64,000 bases of DNA, from the IMG/VR virus record IMGVR_UViG_3300033074_000984; one strand, 5' to 3'. This DNA is from a virus (Duplodnaviria; Caudoviricetes). Each line of letters starts with the position of its first letter. Positions within the stretch are counted from its first letter, which is position 1. The translations under genes were made by a program, and so were the position numbers. Below the pieces are notes generated by a model. That model did not search any database, was not told the DNA's origin, and worked only from the letters and a program-made list of their open reading frames with translations. Shown here one piece after another: positions 28,423 to 38,254 of this stretch.

Positions 28423-29256
28423 ATGTCGGGGTTTGTCTATATCTGGCGCGATCGAAAGCATGCGCGCTACTACATTGGTTCCCACTGGGGCGATGAAGAC
28501 GACGGTTACGTCTGTAGCTCCAAGTGGATGATGCAAGCATATAAACGTCGTCCCCAAGACTTTAAGCGAAAGATTCTAGCTAGAATCGATTTGTCCCGTA
28601 AAGATCTTTTAGTAGAAGAAGCACGATGGCTCTCTATGATAAAGCCACAGGAGATCAAGAAACGCTACTACAACATCAACATAGGAAAAATTGGACATTG
28701 GATAGCGTCGGTCTCCAGCGAAAACGTATCCGAGACGATCAGTGCACGCACTAAAGCAGCCATGGCTCGCCCCGAAGTTCGTGCACGCTATGAAGCAGGG
28801 TTAGCGAAGCGTAATAATCACTCAAGTGACCCAAAAGTCAGAGCTAAGCGTTCCGCCTCCATGAAGGCTACTATGGCCGCCAAGTATGGAGAGCTTCGAG
28901 CCGCCAAGGCCCTTCTGCCTAGCGGGCCAGCATTCGGGTCTGAGGAGTACAGAGCAGCGCTGTCTGAGTCTTGCAAGCTCGCATGGAAAGACCCTTCTAG
29001 GTTGGAAAAGTCATCTTCCAAGCTTCGAGGCAGACGCTGGTGGAATGACGGCACTAAGAACACCTTCCAGGTAGAAACGCCTGGTATAGGATGGCGTTCT
29101 GGACGACTCTCGAGCTACAAGCCCACCAGGGAGCACGTCGAGAAGATCGCAACATCCAACAGGAGACAGAAGCGCTCAGCGACAGCCAAGATGAAGATGG
29201 GCATGTCCGCAAAGTGTCGCGCTAATAAATATACAGAAACACCTTCTCTATTATAG
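28423..29256 (+). CDS. Seg-like GIY-YIG homing endonuclease, copy 2
   Basis: GFVYIWRDRKH.RYYIGSHWG.EDDGYVCSS; start moved to ATG 28423 behind GGAGG; C-terminal RWWNDG..WRSGR module. Confidence 0.85.
   Translation: MSGFVYIWRDRKHARYYIGSHWGDEDDGYVCSSKWMMQAYKRRPQDFKRKILARIDLSRKDLLVEEARWLSMIKPQEIKKRYYNINIGKIGHWIASVSSENVSETISARTKAAMARPEVRARYEAGLAKRNNHSSDPKVRAKRSASMKATMAAKYGELRAAKALLPSGPAFGSEEYRAALSESCKLAWKDPSRLEKSSSKLRGRRWWNDGTKNTFQVETPGIGWRSGRLSSYKPTREHVEKIATSNRRQKRSATAKMKMGMSAKCRANKYTETPSLL
29224..29231 (+). promoter_or_regulatory. T4-type late promoter (AATAAATA)
   Basis: Inside the 3' end of endonuclease copy 2, upstream of 29264. Confidence 0.55.
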
Positions 29257-29263
29257 GCTAGCG

Positions 29264-29734
29264 ATGATCGGCTTCAAAGAGTTCCAGCTGTACGAGAAGC
29301 TCCTCGACGCAGAGGACAAGCTGTATCACGTCTCGACCGGCACTGAGATGAACGCTCTTCACAAGAAGCTCGGCGACCTCCGCGGCATCCACTCAAAGAA
29401 GCACGGCACCTTCGTGTGGCGAGCGTACGACGCTACGCATGACGAGATGGCTAATCGCATAGAGAAGAAGCGCGGGATAACGTTGCAGCGAAGCAGTCAC
29501 GAGAGGTTCGACCCGAGCTCCGACACTCACTCCTTCTACGTAGACCGCGATCCAGGCCACGGAAGAGTGGCCGCATGGTCTCACCACAACTCGAACTCCC
29601 ACAAGGGAGACGAGCACGAGAGGGTCGCCGCTGCGGCTCACGAGGACCTGAAGAAGCGACTGTCAAGCGGGCGCGTTCACGTCGAGCGTCCGACGATAGA
29701 CGACGAGGAAGAAGACAAGAAGGGATGGTACTGA
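29264..29734 (+). CDS. Hypothetical protein, candidate internal head protein
   Basis: N-terminus MIGFKEFQLYE resembles the T4 capsid-targeting sequence; His-rich and charged. Confidence 0.5.
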   Translation: MIGFKEFQLYEKLLDAEDKLYHVSTGTEMNALHKKLGDLRGIHSKKHGTFVWRAYDATHDEMANRIEKKRGITLQRSSHERFDPSSDTHSFYVDRDPGHGRVAAWSHHNSNSHKGDEHERVAAAAHEDLKKRLSSGRVHVERPTIDDEEEDKKGWY

Positions 29735-29735
29735 G

Positions 29736-30461
29736 TTGCCTTACAACCCGTTCTTCGACCAGTTAGAGAACGAGCCTGAACAGAACCTCTACTCTGACCT
29801 TTTTGAAGAGTCGATAGAGGTCATGGGCGACGTCATGGAGTACCTGCCAAGAAGACAGGGCTCGTACGACAAGCTACTCGGCGAGGACCCGCGCGCATAC
29901 TTCGACACGGCGCGAACTGTTCCGGTGTACCTCGAGAACTTCGACTCTTTCAGGGGCGACCGGACGTTCATATCCAAGTTCGGTGTAGAGATTCGAGACC
30001 AGATAGTGCTCATCATATCTCGCGCCATGTTCGAGAGAGAGGTCGGCCAGCCAGAGGGCTTCTCGAGACCTCGCGAGGGAGACCTGTTCTACTTCGGTAA
30101 GAACGGCAAGTGCTTCGAGATCAAGTACGTCGACTATACCACGCCGTTCTACCCGCTCGGCAGCCTGCCAGGCTTCAGACTGACGTGCGAGCTGTACGAG
30201 TACTCTGACGAACGATTCGAGACTGGCATAGACGAGATCGACTCGATTCAGACGAGACTCAGCACTGACGTGCTCGCTAGAGCCGTGCGCGACGAGAGCG
30301 GAGAGGTGCTGACAGACGAGAACGGCTTGCCAGTCGTAACAGAGGGAGCCGACCTGGCCGACGTCGACCCGACAGCGGACAACTTCAGCATTCAGCAAAC
30401 AGCTAACACCTACATCAACTTCAACGAGGCTGACCCGTTCAATGACGGCGAGACGTACTAG
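29736..30461 (+). CDS. gp14: Neck protein gp14
   Basis: EQNLY.DL..ESI, YLPR, SKFGVEIRDQ, RPREGDL.YF, FEIKYV, CELYEYS.E. Confidence 0.92.
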   Translation: MPYNPFFDQLENEPEQNLYSDLFEESIEVMGDVMEYLPRRQGSYDKLLGEDPRAYFDTARTVPVYLENFDSFRGDRTFISKFGVEIRDQIVLIISRAMFEREVGQPEGFSRPREGDLFYFGKNGKCFEIKYVDYTTPFYPLGSLPGFRLTCELYEYSDERFETGIDEIDSIQTRLSTDVLARAVRDESGEVLTDENGLPVVTEGADLADVDPTADNFSIQQTANTYINFNEADPFNDGETY

Positions 30462-30470
30462 GAGATCCGA

Positions 30471-31304
30471 GTGCTAGGAGAGGGCTTCTACTTTCACGAC
30501 ACGTTAAGACGCAGCGCTGCGCTGTTCGGCACCCTCTTCAATGAGATCTACATCCAGAGAGACTCTGGAGACGCGAACGGCAGCCAGCTGGTCCGCGTGC
30601 CACTCGTGTACTCTAACAAGGACAAGATGCTCGCGCGCGTCTACGCAGACCCAGACCTAGACAAGCCGGCCGCCATCGTGCTTCCGAGAATGGCGTTCGA
30701 GCAGAACGGGTTCGTCGTAGACAAGGCGCGACGGCTACCGACTCTTAACAGGTTCGTGAGCATGTACGCTCCCGACGCTAACAAGCTCTACACCGCTTAC
30801 AGCCCTGTGCCAATCACGGTGACCTACAGGCTGTACGTCGCCGTAAAAAACGTCTCAGACGGCAACAAGATAGTTGAGCAGATCGTGCCGTACTTCACGC
30901 CAGACCTTACGATGTCTGTTCAGCTCATAGACGAGATTGATCGGCTCTTCGACGTAGCTGTCGTGTTGAAAGAGCCTGTCACCTACGAGGACTCGTTCTC
31001 GGGACCTCTAGAACAGCGAAGGACCGTCATCTACACGCTGACGTTCGACCTCGAGACGTACCTGTTCGGACCGGTGAAGCCGAAGCCGATCATCAAGTTC
31101 TCGACGACGCGCTACTGGGCTGGCGGCGCGGGCGAGACGGTCGCTGACGCCGTTGCGAACTCGTCAATGGGATACGCGACGCACGCCCAGCCAGGACTCA
31201 CAGCTAACGGAGAGCCGGCGTACTCTGCCAGCGACTCCGTGGACCCCAACGTCATCTACGCAAACTCCGACTTCGGCTATATATACACTTCAAACGCGTA
31301 TTAA
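30471..31304 (+). CDS. gp15: Tail sheath stabiliser / completion protein gp15
   Basis: FGTLFN.I.I.R, VPL.Y..K.K, LPRMAFE, IVEQIVPYFTP, IYTLTF. Confidence 0.92.
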   Translation: MLGEGFYFHDTLRRSAALFGTLFNEIYIQRDSGDANGSQLVRVPLVYSNKDKMLARVYADPDLDKPAAIVLPRMAFEQNGFVVDKARRLPTLNRFVSMYAPDANKLYTAYSPVPITVTYRLYVAVKNVSDGNKIVEQIVPYFTPDLTMSVQLIDEIDRLFDVAVVLKEPVTYEDSFSGPLEQRRTVIYTLTFDLETYLFGPVKPKPIIKFSTTRYWAGGAGETVADAVANSSMGYATHAQPGLTANGEPAYSASDSVDPNVIYANSDFGYIYTSNAY

Positions 31305-31320
31305 GGAGAGCAGTTTGAAG
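31278..31320 (+). promoter_or_regulatory. Late-promoter variant (TATATATA) plus start-codon-sequestering hairpin
   Basis: TATATATA 31278-31285; CTTCAAAC (31288-31295) pairs with GTTTGAAG (31313-31320), which contains the TTG start. Confidence 0.6.
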
Positions 31321-31992
31321 CACGGCTTCGTTTACATCTGGAGAGACCGAAAGCATAAGAGGCACTACATAGGAGTACATTGGGGACGAGAAGATGACGG
31401 CTACGTCTGCTCTTCTAGCTGGATGACGCAAGCCTATAAACGTAGGCCAGCAGACTTCAAGCGAAAGATATTAAGACGCGTTGACACCAAAGAGGAGCTC
31501 TTCAAAGAAGAAGCGAGATGGCTGTCAATGATTCAAACGAGCGAACTTAAAACGAAGTACTACAACTTAAACATTAACTTAAAACATTGGCGCACAGGTG
31601 AAGACGCTGAAACCATGCGTGAAAAAATAAGCAGAACTACACGCGAAGCTATGGCTAAGCCGGTCACGCGCCAAAAATTTCTAGACAGCCGAAAGCAGAT
31701 GAGCTCTACTATCAGAAAAACTCTTGCTATAAAATACGCAGACGTACGAACCGCGAGAGTTCATATAAAGAGAAGAGGAAAGAGGGGTACGCTAAGTCAC
31801 AGGATCGCTATGAGCTCAGACGTGAAAGCGATGTGGAAAACGGAAGAGTATCGTAATAAGCAGCTCTCCTCACGAAAAGGACTTCGTTGGTGGACTGACG
31901 GCGCGACTAACACTCGTTCAACATCGCCTCCAAGCAAAGAGTGGCGACTTGGAAGAACTAAACAGTCAAAGAGAGATACAGAGATCTACTAA
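31315..31992 (+). CDS. Seg-like GIY-YIG homing endonuclease, copy 3
   Basis: GFVYIWRDRKHKRHYIGVHWGREDDGYVCSS; TTG start after AAGGAG; C-terminal RWWTDG..WRLGR module. Confidence 0.85.
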   Translation: MKHGFVYIWRDRKHKRHYIGVHWGREDDGYVCSSSWMTQAYKRRPADFKRKILRRVDTKEELFKEEARWLSMIQTSELKTKYYNLNINLKHWRTGEDAETMREKISRTTREAMAKPVTRQKFLDSRKQMSSTIRKTLAIKYADVRTARVHIKRRGKRGTLSHRIAMSSDVKAMWKTEEYRNKQLSSRKGLRWWTDGATNTRSTSPPSKEWRLGRTKQSKRDTEIY

Positions 31993-32369
31993 TGAACAAC
32001 GCTTTTTTGCCAGTACCGCTAGACCCAGAAGAGGAAGACAACAACTTCCTTTCGAGGATACACGACCCCTCAGGAGACGAGGAGTTTGTAAGAAAGAACA
32101 CCATCGTGGCTATAGCGAGGGGTCACGCGGCACTCTCAGAGGCCGTGAAGCTTGCAGCGCAGGCCCAGGACCCGAAGGCGTACGAGGCGCTCTCCAAGGT
32201 GCTCGACTCTGTCGTGGCGGCTAACCGTGCTCTCGTAGAGCTCAAGGAGAAGCAGGCTGCGGCCGGAAGAGGCGCCGATACAGGCACCGTCAACAACAAC
32301 CTCTTCGTTGGAAGCACCACAGAGCTTCTGGAGGCGATGAAGGTCATGAAGACTCGTAACGACGAGTGA
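31992..32369 (+). CDS. gp16: Terminase small subunit gp16
   Basis: D.EFVRKN, PKAYEAL, TVNNNLFVGSTTEL. Confidence 0.9.
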   Translation: MNNAFLPVPLDPEEEDNNFLSRIHDPSGDEEFVRKNTIVAIARGHAALSEAVKLAAQAQDPKAYEALSKVLDSVVAANRALVELKEKQAAAGRGADTGTVNNNLFVGSTTELLEAMKVMKTRNDE

Positions 32370-32382
32370 AAAGACGTAACAG

Positions 32383-33297
32383 ATGAGCATAGATCACGGA
32401 CCCGCAATACTCAACAACCGGTTCTATCAGGGAAACCCCATGCTCAAGAGAGCAGGGGTTGCGATAGAGTGGACGGCCTCCTGGGTTCAAGAGTACGCAC
32501 GCTGCGCGAACGATCCCATCTACTTCATCGAGAAGTACCTTAAGATCATTCACGTCGACCACGGGCTCATACCGTTGACGATGTACCCGTACCAGAAAGA
32601 GATCGTTGAGAAGATCCACGACAACCGAAACGTGATCGTCTGCACCGCTCGTCAGAGCGGCAAGACGACGTCTATGGTCGGGTACGCGATCTGGTACGTC
32701 CTCTTCAACCCGACCAAGTCCATCGCCATCCTCGCTAACAAGGGCTCGACAGCTCGAGAGATCCTCGGCCGAATCCAGCTCGCTTATCAGCACCTGCCGT
32801 TCTGGCTCCAAGTGGGCGTGACGGAGTGGAACAAGGGCTCGGTGACGTTCGAGAACGGCTCGAGGATCATCGCCGACGCCACGTCGTCAGACGCCATTCG
32901 TGGCTGGTCGTTCTCCTTCATCTTCATTGACGAGGCGGCGCACATCGACAACTGGGACGAGTTCTCCAAGTCTGTTCTTCCCACCATCTCGTCTGGTAAG
33001 ACGACCAAGCTCGCCATGGTCTCGACGCCTAACGGCCTGAATCACTTCTACAACACGTGGGACGGCGCGAAGAAGGGAAAGAACGACTACGCCTTCGTCG
33101 AGGTGCACTGGACATCTGTGCCTGGTAGAGACGAGGCGTGGAAGAAGAAGGTCCTTGACGACCTCGGCGGTGACGTGCTCAAGTTCGACCAAGAGTACTG
33201 CGTCACCGGCGACACCACGATCACGCTGCGCGACAAAATCACTGGTGAAATCATCGAAACGACTATAGAAGAGTCGTTCAGGCTGATGAATCCTTAA
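32383..33297 (+). CDS. gp17: Terminase large subunit gp17, N-terminal fragment fused to a 32-aa N-intein
   Basis: YQGNP.LKRA, ARQSGKT (Walker A), FIDEAAH (Walker B), STPNG; ends QEY-CVTGDTTITLRD...NP-stop. Confidence 0.93.
   Translation: MSIDHGPAILNNRFYQGNPMLKRAGVAIEWTASWVQEYARCANDPIYFIEKYLKIIHVDHGLIPLTMYPYQKEIVEKIHDNRNVIVCTARQSGKTTSMVGYAIWYVLFNPTKSIAILANKGSTAREILGRIQLAYQHLPFWLQVGVTEWNKGSVTFENGSRIIADATSSDAIRGWSFSFIFIDEAAHIDNWDEFSKSVLPTISSGKTTKLAMVSTPNGLNHFYNTWDGAKKGKNDYAFVEVHWTSVPGRDEAWKKKVLDDLGGDVLKFDQEYCVTGDTTITLRDKITGEIIETTIEESFRLMNP
33199..33294 (+). mobile_element. Split intein N-fragment (IntN, 32 aa)
   Basis: Intein block A CVTGDTTI directly after terminase QEY, then a stop codon. 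Confidence 0.85.
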
Positions 33298-33313
33298 AAC
33301 TATATATAATAGT

Positions 33314-33988
33314 ATGAAACAATCTGTCATATACAAAATAGTTAGAGACGACGGTGCGGCGTACGTAGGCATAACTAACAATCTGCAAAGAAGAACTCAT
33401 GCGCATCGTTACAGCGATCGCTTCAAGGGCCATGAGTTCAAGATTGAAATTCTCATGGAGTGTGACTCTTATAAAGAAGCACAACTGCTAGAGCCAATAT
33501 TCATAGCTGAACACGGAACATTTGTTAACGGATTGAACTTAACAAAACACGGCAAGGGATATAGCAACTCTTCACGATTTACTACAACAGATTTCAAGTT
33601 CTCAGAGAACAGTAGAAAAAAGATGAGCGAAAAATCTCGAGCCCGCGGAGCCGGAACTGCTCTTCAATCGTGGTTAAGGGCTCATCCTGACATAGTTGAA
33701 AAGATGAGAAAGAAGCATTCGTTAAAAACTAGGGGTCGTCCGAAAGCGACAAGACTCACAGAAGAATCGATTCGTAACTTCTATTCACTATACTCAACTC
33801 GGCCTTCTACAAGTCGTCAACCAGGACGATGTCCGCGTAGTGGTCAACTACTGTCATATGAACGAGCATTTTGTTTTGACTACGCGTCGGCATTTGGTAT
33901 GTCTATCACTTACGGCATGAACCTCTTACAAGGAAAGAGCCTCGCATGGAGACCCATCTTCGAAGAAACGATCGCTTCCAAATCTTGA
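33314..33988 (+). CDS. Free-standing GIY-YIG homing endonuclease between the terminase halves
   Basis: VIYKI..YVGIT.NL.RR..H, conserved E and GLN; AT-richer than flanks; TATATATA box 5 nt upstream. Confidence 0.85.
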   Translation: MKQSVIYKIVRDDGAAYVGITNNLQRRTHAHRYSDRFKGHEFKIEILMECDSYKEAQLLEPIFIAEHGTFVNGLNLTKHGKGYSNSSRFTTTDFKFSENSRKKMSEKSRARGAGTALQSWLRAHPDIVEKMRKKHSLKTRGRPKATRLTEESIRNFYSLYSTRPSTSRQPGRCPRSGQLLSYERAFCFDYASAFGMSITYGMNLLQGKSLAWRPIFEETIASKS

Positions 33989-34269
33989 CGCCGAGTGGAT
34001 GGGCAGACTTCAAGGGCATAAATCGTGTCGTCAAGCGAGGAGTGGTCACTGTTAAAGCTGGAGATAAGACCCTTTCTGGATCTCTTAATCACCCAGTCCT
34101 CGGTGCCATTGGATTTGCTCCACTAGCACTCGCTAAACACGTAGTCACTCGTAACGGCTTGGAAACAATAGACTCCTTAGTCATTGAAAACGATCGCGAA
34201 GAAGTTTTCTACGATCCTTACGCTGTAGATGGCGGCGAGTACTATTCTTCTGGCATAGTCAGTCACAAC
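33946..34269 (+). mobile_element. Split intein C-fragment (IntC, 108 aa)
   Basis: Block B SLNH, block F FYD, terminal His-Asn followed by Cys+1. Confidence 0.85.
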
Positions 34270-35115
34270 TGCAACGAGTTTCAGGGCTCGTCCGGAACTC
34301 TCATATCTGGATGGAAGCTCAAGGAGCTCGCATCTGACGTCGCTCAGCCAATAGCGCTCATCGAGGGCCTCTCTGTTTACGAGCCGGCGGCTCATGGAGA
34401 GAAGTACGTCATCACGGTCGATGTGGCCGAGGGAAAGAGCCTGGATTACAGCTCCTTCCAAGTCATCAGCGTCACTGAGCCGCCGTATCGACAAGTGGCG
34501 ACGTATCGCAGCAACGTGACCACAGCTACGGACCTCGCCGAGATCATCCATCGCGTCGCGCGCACCTACGGCAGCGCTCCCATCCTTATCGAGTACGAGA
34601 ACCTCGGACCAGTCGTAGCAGAGCATCTCTGGAACGAGATGGAGTACGACAACCTGATCTGCACAGCCAGTGCGGGGTCTGTTGGAAAGAAGGTCTCGTT
34701 CGTTGGTGGTCCTGGTTGCGACAGGGGCATTAAGATGAGCAAGACCGTAAAGAGCATCGGTTGTAGCATGCTCAAGCTCTTAATAGAGCAGAACCAGCTG
34801 CTCATCAGAGATCGAGACACGATCAACGAGCTCTCGACGTTCTCGAAGAAGGACTCGAAGGGCTTCCAGGCCGAAGAGGGCAAGCACGACGACACGGTCA
34901 TGCCGCTCGTCGTCTTCGGATGGTTGACGAATCAGAACTACTTCCGCGACATGACCGAGATGAACATCCTCAACAAGATGCGAGAGCTCTCTGAAGAGAC
35001 CCTTGAGGCAGAGCTGACGCCGTTCGGCTTCATAGACGACGGAACTGACGAGACAGACCTGAAAGAGGGCGTCGTCCAGACAGTCGGAGACGTAGACGCG
35101 TGGCTGCGGCTGTAA
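33946..35115 (+). CDS. gp17: Terminase large subunit gp17, C-terminal fragment preceded by a 108-aa C-intein
   Basis: ILTPSGW..F.G, S.NHP and GIVSHN then CNEFQGSSGTLI; nuclease motifs TVDVAEG..LDYS and HDDTVM. Confidence 0.92.
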   Translation: METHLRRNDRFQILTPSGWADFKGINRVVKRGVVTVKAGDKTLSGSLNHPVLGAIGFAPLALAKHVVTRNGLETIDSLVIENDREEVFYDPYAVDGGEYYSSGIVSHNCNEFQGSSGTLISGWKLKELASDVAQPIALIEGLSVYEPAAHGEKYVITVDVAEGKSLDYSSFQVISVTEPPYRQVATYRSNVTTATDLAEIIHRVARTYGSAPILIEYENLGPVVAEHLWNEMEYDNLICTASAGSVGKKVSFVGGPGCDRGIKMSKTVKSIGCSMLKLLIEQNQLLIRDRDTINELSTFSKKDSKGFQAEEGKHDDTVMPLVVFGWLTNQNYFRDMTEMNILNKMRELSEETLEAELTPFGFIDDGTDETDLKEGVVQTVGDVDAWLRL

Positions 35116-35127
35116 GGTCCTCTGCCT

Positions 35128-35135
35128 AATAAATA
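35128..35135 (+). promoter_or_regulatory. T4-type late promoter (AATAAATA)
   Basis: Intergenic box upstream of gp18. Confidence 0.65.
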
Positions 35136-35175
35136 CGAGGAAAGCAGGATAATTTCCCGAGGGAGATACTAAGTC

Positions 35176-37497
35176 ATGGGATTCGCGCTTAGCCCGAGCA
35201 TCATTGTCACTGAGAGCGATCTCACTACGACGGTACCCGCGGTAGCGACAACCGACGCGGCGATCGCTGGCGTCTTCCATTGGGGTCCGGTAGACCAGCG
35301 AGAGCTGATCGACAGCCAGATGAACCTCAAGGAGCGCTTCGGGCCCCCGAGCAACTTCAACTACGAGACGTGGTGGACAGCCGCGAACTTTCTCGACTAC
35401 GGCACGCGCGAGTACGTCGTACGCGTAGCGAACACGAGCGCCAACACGCCGTCTGAGACCTTCAGCGTCAACACTTCAGTCGCTAACGTCCTTCACATGA
35501 CGGACGCTAACGCGACCTACACGCCTGTCTCTCTCGGCATCGAGACCAACATGCGCGTCTTCTGGGCGTCCAACACTGGAGCAGTCCCTCTCGACGCCGT
35601 CGTCACCGCTGTCAACAGCACCGCCGTATCTATCTCAACCAACGCTACAGTCAACAGCTCGTCTGACGTCGGCTTCTACAGCAACGTGTCGTCTTACAAC
35701 GCTCTGGCCATAGCGCCTGGCGGCCAGGTCGACAACGTCGGCGCTCAGGTTGTCAAGAACCGTGACCATTACGAGACCAAGGACAACGCCTTCGACCTCG
35801 ACCTCTACTACCTCGCGAAGTACCCCGGCGCGATCGGCAACAGCCTGCGAATCTCCGTATGCGACAGCGCTGACGCGTACTACGCCAGCCTGTCACTCTC
35901 CAACACCATCGTCGAGGGCGCGTTCTCTGTAGACATCGGCTCCGACGTCGGCACGTTCACCTTCACGGCCCCCACTAACGGAGCCGCTGCAAACACGCTC
36001 GCTACGACCATCATCGCCTCTATAGCGAACAACGACTACCTCGAGGTGGGTAACAGCTCGATCGGTAGACAGTACCTGAAGGTGCTCTCCACCGACAACA
36101 CCCCGACCCTCAACACCTCTACCAACGTAGCGACGTTTAACGTCGAGTTCGAGGACCCGTACCGACTGTCGTACGACTGGTCGGCGAATGACTCCATCGT
36201 TCGATACTGGGAGTTCTACGGTCTCACCGAGCTCGCGCCCGGCCAGTCGAACTTCGTCGCTGAGCGAGGCAACACGGCCGCTAACGACGAGCTGCACGTC
36301 GTAGTCGTAGACAACGACGGCGCGTTCTCCGGCACTCCAGGCACCGTCCTAGAGGTCTATCGAGGACTGTCTCGAGCGACCGACGCGACCGCTGACAACG
36401 GGTCGTCGATCTACTACAAGGAGGTCCTTAACAAGAGCTCCAAGTACGTCTGGCTCGCGAACGACCGAAGCAACGCGCCGAGCGCCAACGCTTGGTTGGT
36501 GGCGTCGTCCACCAACACAGAAGCGCTCGACCTCGACTTTACGCTCGGCACCGACGGCAAGCCAGAGAGCACCGTCTCTGTCGGCCTGGTCATGCAGGGC
36601 TACGACAGGTTCGCTAGCGCGGAAGACGTTGACATCTCGCTCGTCCTGCAGGGCAAGCCGCGCGGCGGCGTCGACCCGAGCACCGGCTCTGTCGAGTTCC
36701 AGCTGTTCAACTACCTGATCGACAACATCGGTGAGATCAGGAAGGACTGCGTGGTCTTCGGTTCGCCAGAGATCAACACCTGCCTCAACAACTACAACGA
36801 GGAGGCGCTGTCCATCGTCGACTGGAGAAACTCGACTCGATCGAGCTCCTACGCCGTCATGGACTCGGGCTACAAGCAGCAGTACGACAAGTACAACGAC
36901 GTCTATCGCTGGATCCCGCTCAACGCTGACATGGCTGGTCTGTGCGCGCGAACTGACCAGACGAACGACCCGTGGTGGTCGCCGGCCGGCCTTAATCGTG
37001 GCCACATCAAGAACCTGGTCACGCTGGCCTGGAACCCGCGGATGGCTCATCGAGACATCCTCTACAAGAACGGCGTCAACCCCGTGGTGCGCTTCAACAA
37101 CGAGGGCACGGTGCTCTGGGGCGACAAGACGCTCCTGGCGAAGCCGAGCGCGTTCGATCGCATCAACGTTCGACGGCTCTTCATCGTTCTCGAGAAGGCC
37201 ATCTCGACCGCCTCGAAGTACTTCCTGTTCGAGTTCAACGACCGGTTCACCCGGGAGCAGTTCAAGAACATGGTGAACCCGTACCTGAAGTTCGTTCAGA
37301 GCCGACGAGGCATCCAGGACTTCCTGGTCGTCTGCGACGAGACGAACAACACGCCCTACATCATCGACAGCAACAGCTTCGTTGCGGACATCTACATCAA
37401 GCCGAACCGAAGCATCAACTGGATCTACCTTAACTTCGTAGCCGTCGCAACCGGCATCTCCTTCGAGGAGATCGTCGGCGGCTCCAGGATCTCCTAA
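35176..37497 (+). CDS. gp18: Tail sheath protein gp18
   Basis: SP.I.V.E.DLT, AKYPG..GNSL, QYDKYNDVYRWIPLN.D.AGLCART, WWSPAG.NRG, SAFDRINVRRLF. Confidence 0.96.
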   Translation: MGFALSPSIIVTESDLTTTVPAVATTDAAIAGVFHWGPVDQRELIDSQMNLKERFGPPSNFNYETWWTAANFLDYGTREYVVRVANTSANTPSETFSVNTSVANVLHMTDANATYTPVSLGIETNMRVFWASNTGAVPLDAVVTAVNSTAVSISTNATVNSSSDVGFYSNVSSYNALAIAPGGQVDNVGAQVVKNRDHYETKDNAFDLDLYYLAKYPGAIGNSLRISVCDSADAYYASLSLSNTIVEGAFSVDIGSDVGTFTFTAPTNGAAANTLATTIIASIANNDYLEVGNSSIGRQYLKVLSTDNTPTLNTSTNVATFNVEFEDPYRLSYDWSANDSIVRYWEFYGLTELAPGQSNFVAERGNTAANDELHVVVVDNDGAFSGTPGTVLEVYRGLSRATDATADNGSSIYYKEVLNKSSKYVWLANDRSNAPSANAWLVASSTNTEALDLDFTLGTDGKPESTVSVGLVMQGYDRFASAEDVDISLVLQGKPRGGVDPSTGSVEFQLFNYLIDNIGEIRKDCVVFGSPEINTCLNNYNEEALSIVDWRNSTRSSSYAVMDSGYKQQYDKYNDVYRWIPLNADMAGLCARTDQTNDPWWSPAGLNRGHIKNLVTLAWNPRMAHRDILYKNGVNPVVRFNNEGTVLWGDKTLLAKPSAFDRINVRRLFIVLEKAISTASKYFLFEFNDRFTREQFKNMVNPYLKFVQSRRGIQDFLVVCDETNNTPYIIDSNSFVADIYIKPNRSINWIYLNFVAVATGISFEEIVGGSRIS

Positions 37498-37509
37498 GGA
37501 GCAAACTAG

Positions 37510-38196
37510 GTGAACAAGTCCAGAAACGCGTTTGTTGAGCGAATGATGGCCATCCAGAGTGGCGCCTACCTGGCGCCACTGAGTGGCGCCTCTTCTACGA
37601 CTGAAGTCGTCACAGAGGAGAAGCGACAGCGTCTGACTCTCACAGACAAGAGTGGCAAGAGAGTTGAGTCCAACCTCCCAATGTCAACGAAGGCTAGACT
37701 TCGTCGCCAAAAGAGGGACATCTCGAAGTACAACTCAGAAGTAAAGGCGCGAGAGCTCTCTAATGAAGAGCTCGAGTACGTCACAGAGAACACCTCTGCC
37801 GAACAGCTCGACGAGCTGTCACAGACGAAGCTGGCTTCCTACAAGAAGGCTGCCAACAAAGATGTCGGTGACCTTAGGGACGGCATCGAGTCAGTTAATC
37901 GCCGAAACGCTAACGACGACAAGTCTCAAGCCTGGAAGAAGCAAGCCACTCGACGGCTAGCTAATCGATACCGCGGTCTCTTAAAGGCGGGATCGATGAA
38001 GGAGGAGACAGCAGGGCCTATCGACGAAGCAGTTAAGAAAGCTGCTGGGGCGGCTAAAAAGAGCTCTAGTAAGAGCGCAGCCCCTGTTAAAAAGAGTACG
38101 CCTGAGCAGCGTCAAAAGGCCAGGGCGGCGCATTGGAAGAAGACGGGCGTCAGCAGTGGCACCGTTAAGTGGATGAAGGACTCCGGGTTTCTGTGA
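37510..38196 (+). CDS. Basic hypothetical protein, candidate protease-processed internal head protein
   Basis: Lys/Arg-rich modules separated by VTE, LDELS, MKEE and IDE motifs; GTG start. Confidence 0.5.
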   Translation: MNKSRNAFVERMMAIQSGAYLAPLSGASSTTEVVTEEKRQRLTLTDKSGKRVESNLPMSTKARLRRQKRDISKYNSEVKARELSNEELEYVTENTSAEQLDELSQTKLASYKKAANKDVGDLRDGIESVNRRNANDDKSQAWKKQATRRLANRYRGLLKAGSMKEETAGPIDEAVKKAAGAAKKSSSKSAAPVKKSTPEQRQKARAAHWKKTGVSSGTVKWMKDSGFL

Positions 38197-38254
38197 TCGT
38201 CTAGGCCATAGGACAGATCAGAGCCAGTAATAAGCGATCGGACAGGAGAAAAAG

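Noticed and set aside
33298-33945. Group I intron or sequencing frameshift in the terminase
   Set aside because: Complete intein N- and C-terminal motifs flank the break and splicing restores a conserved terminase sequence; there is no room for an intron core
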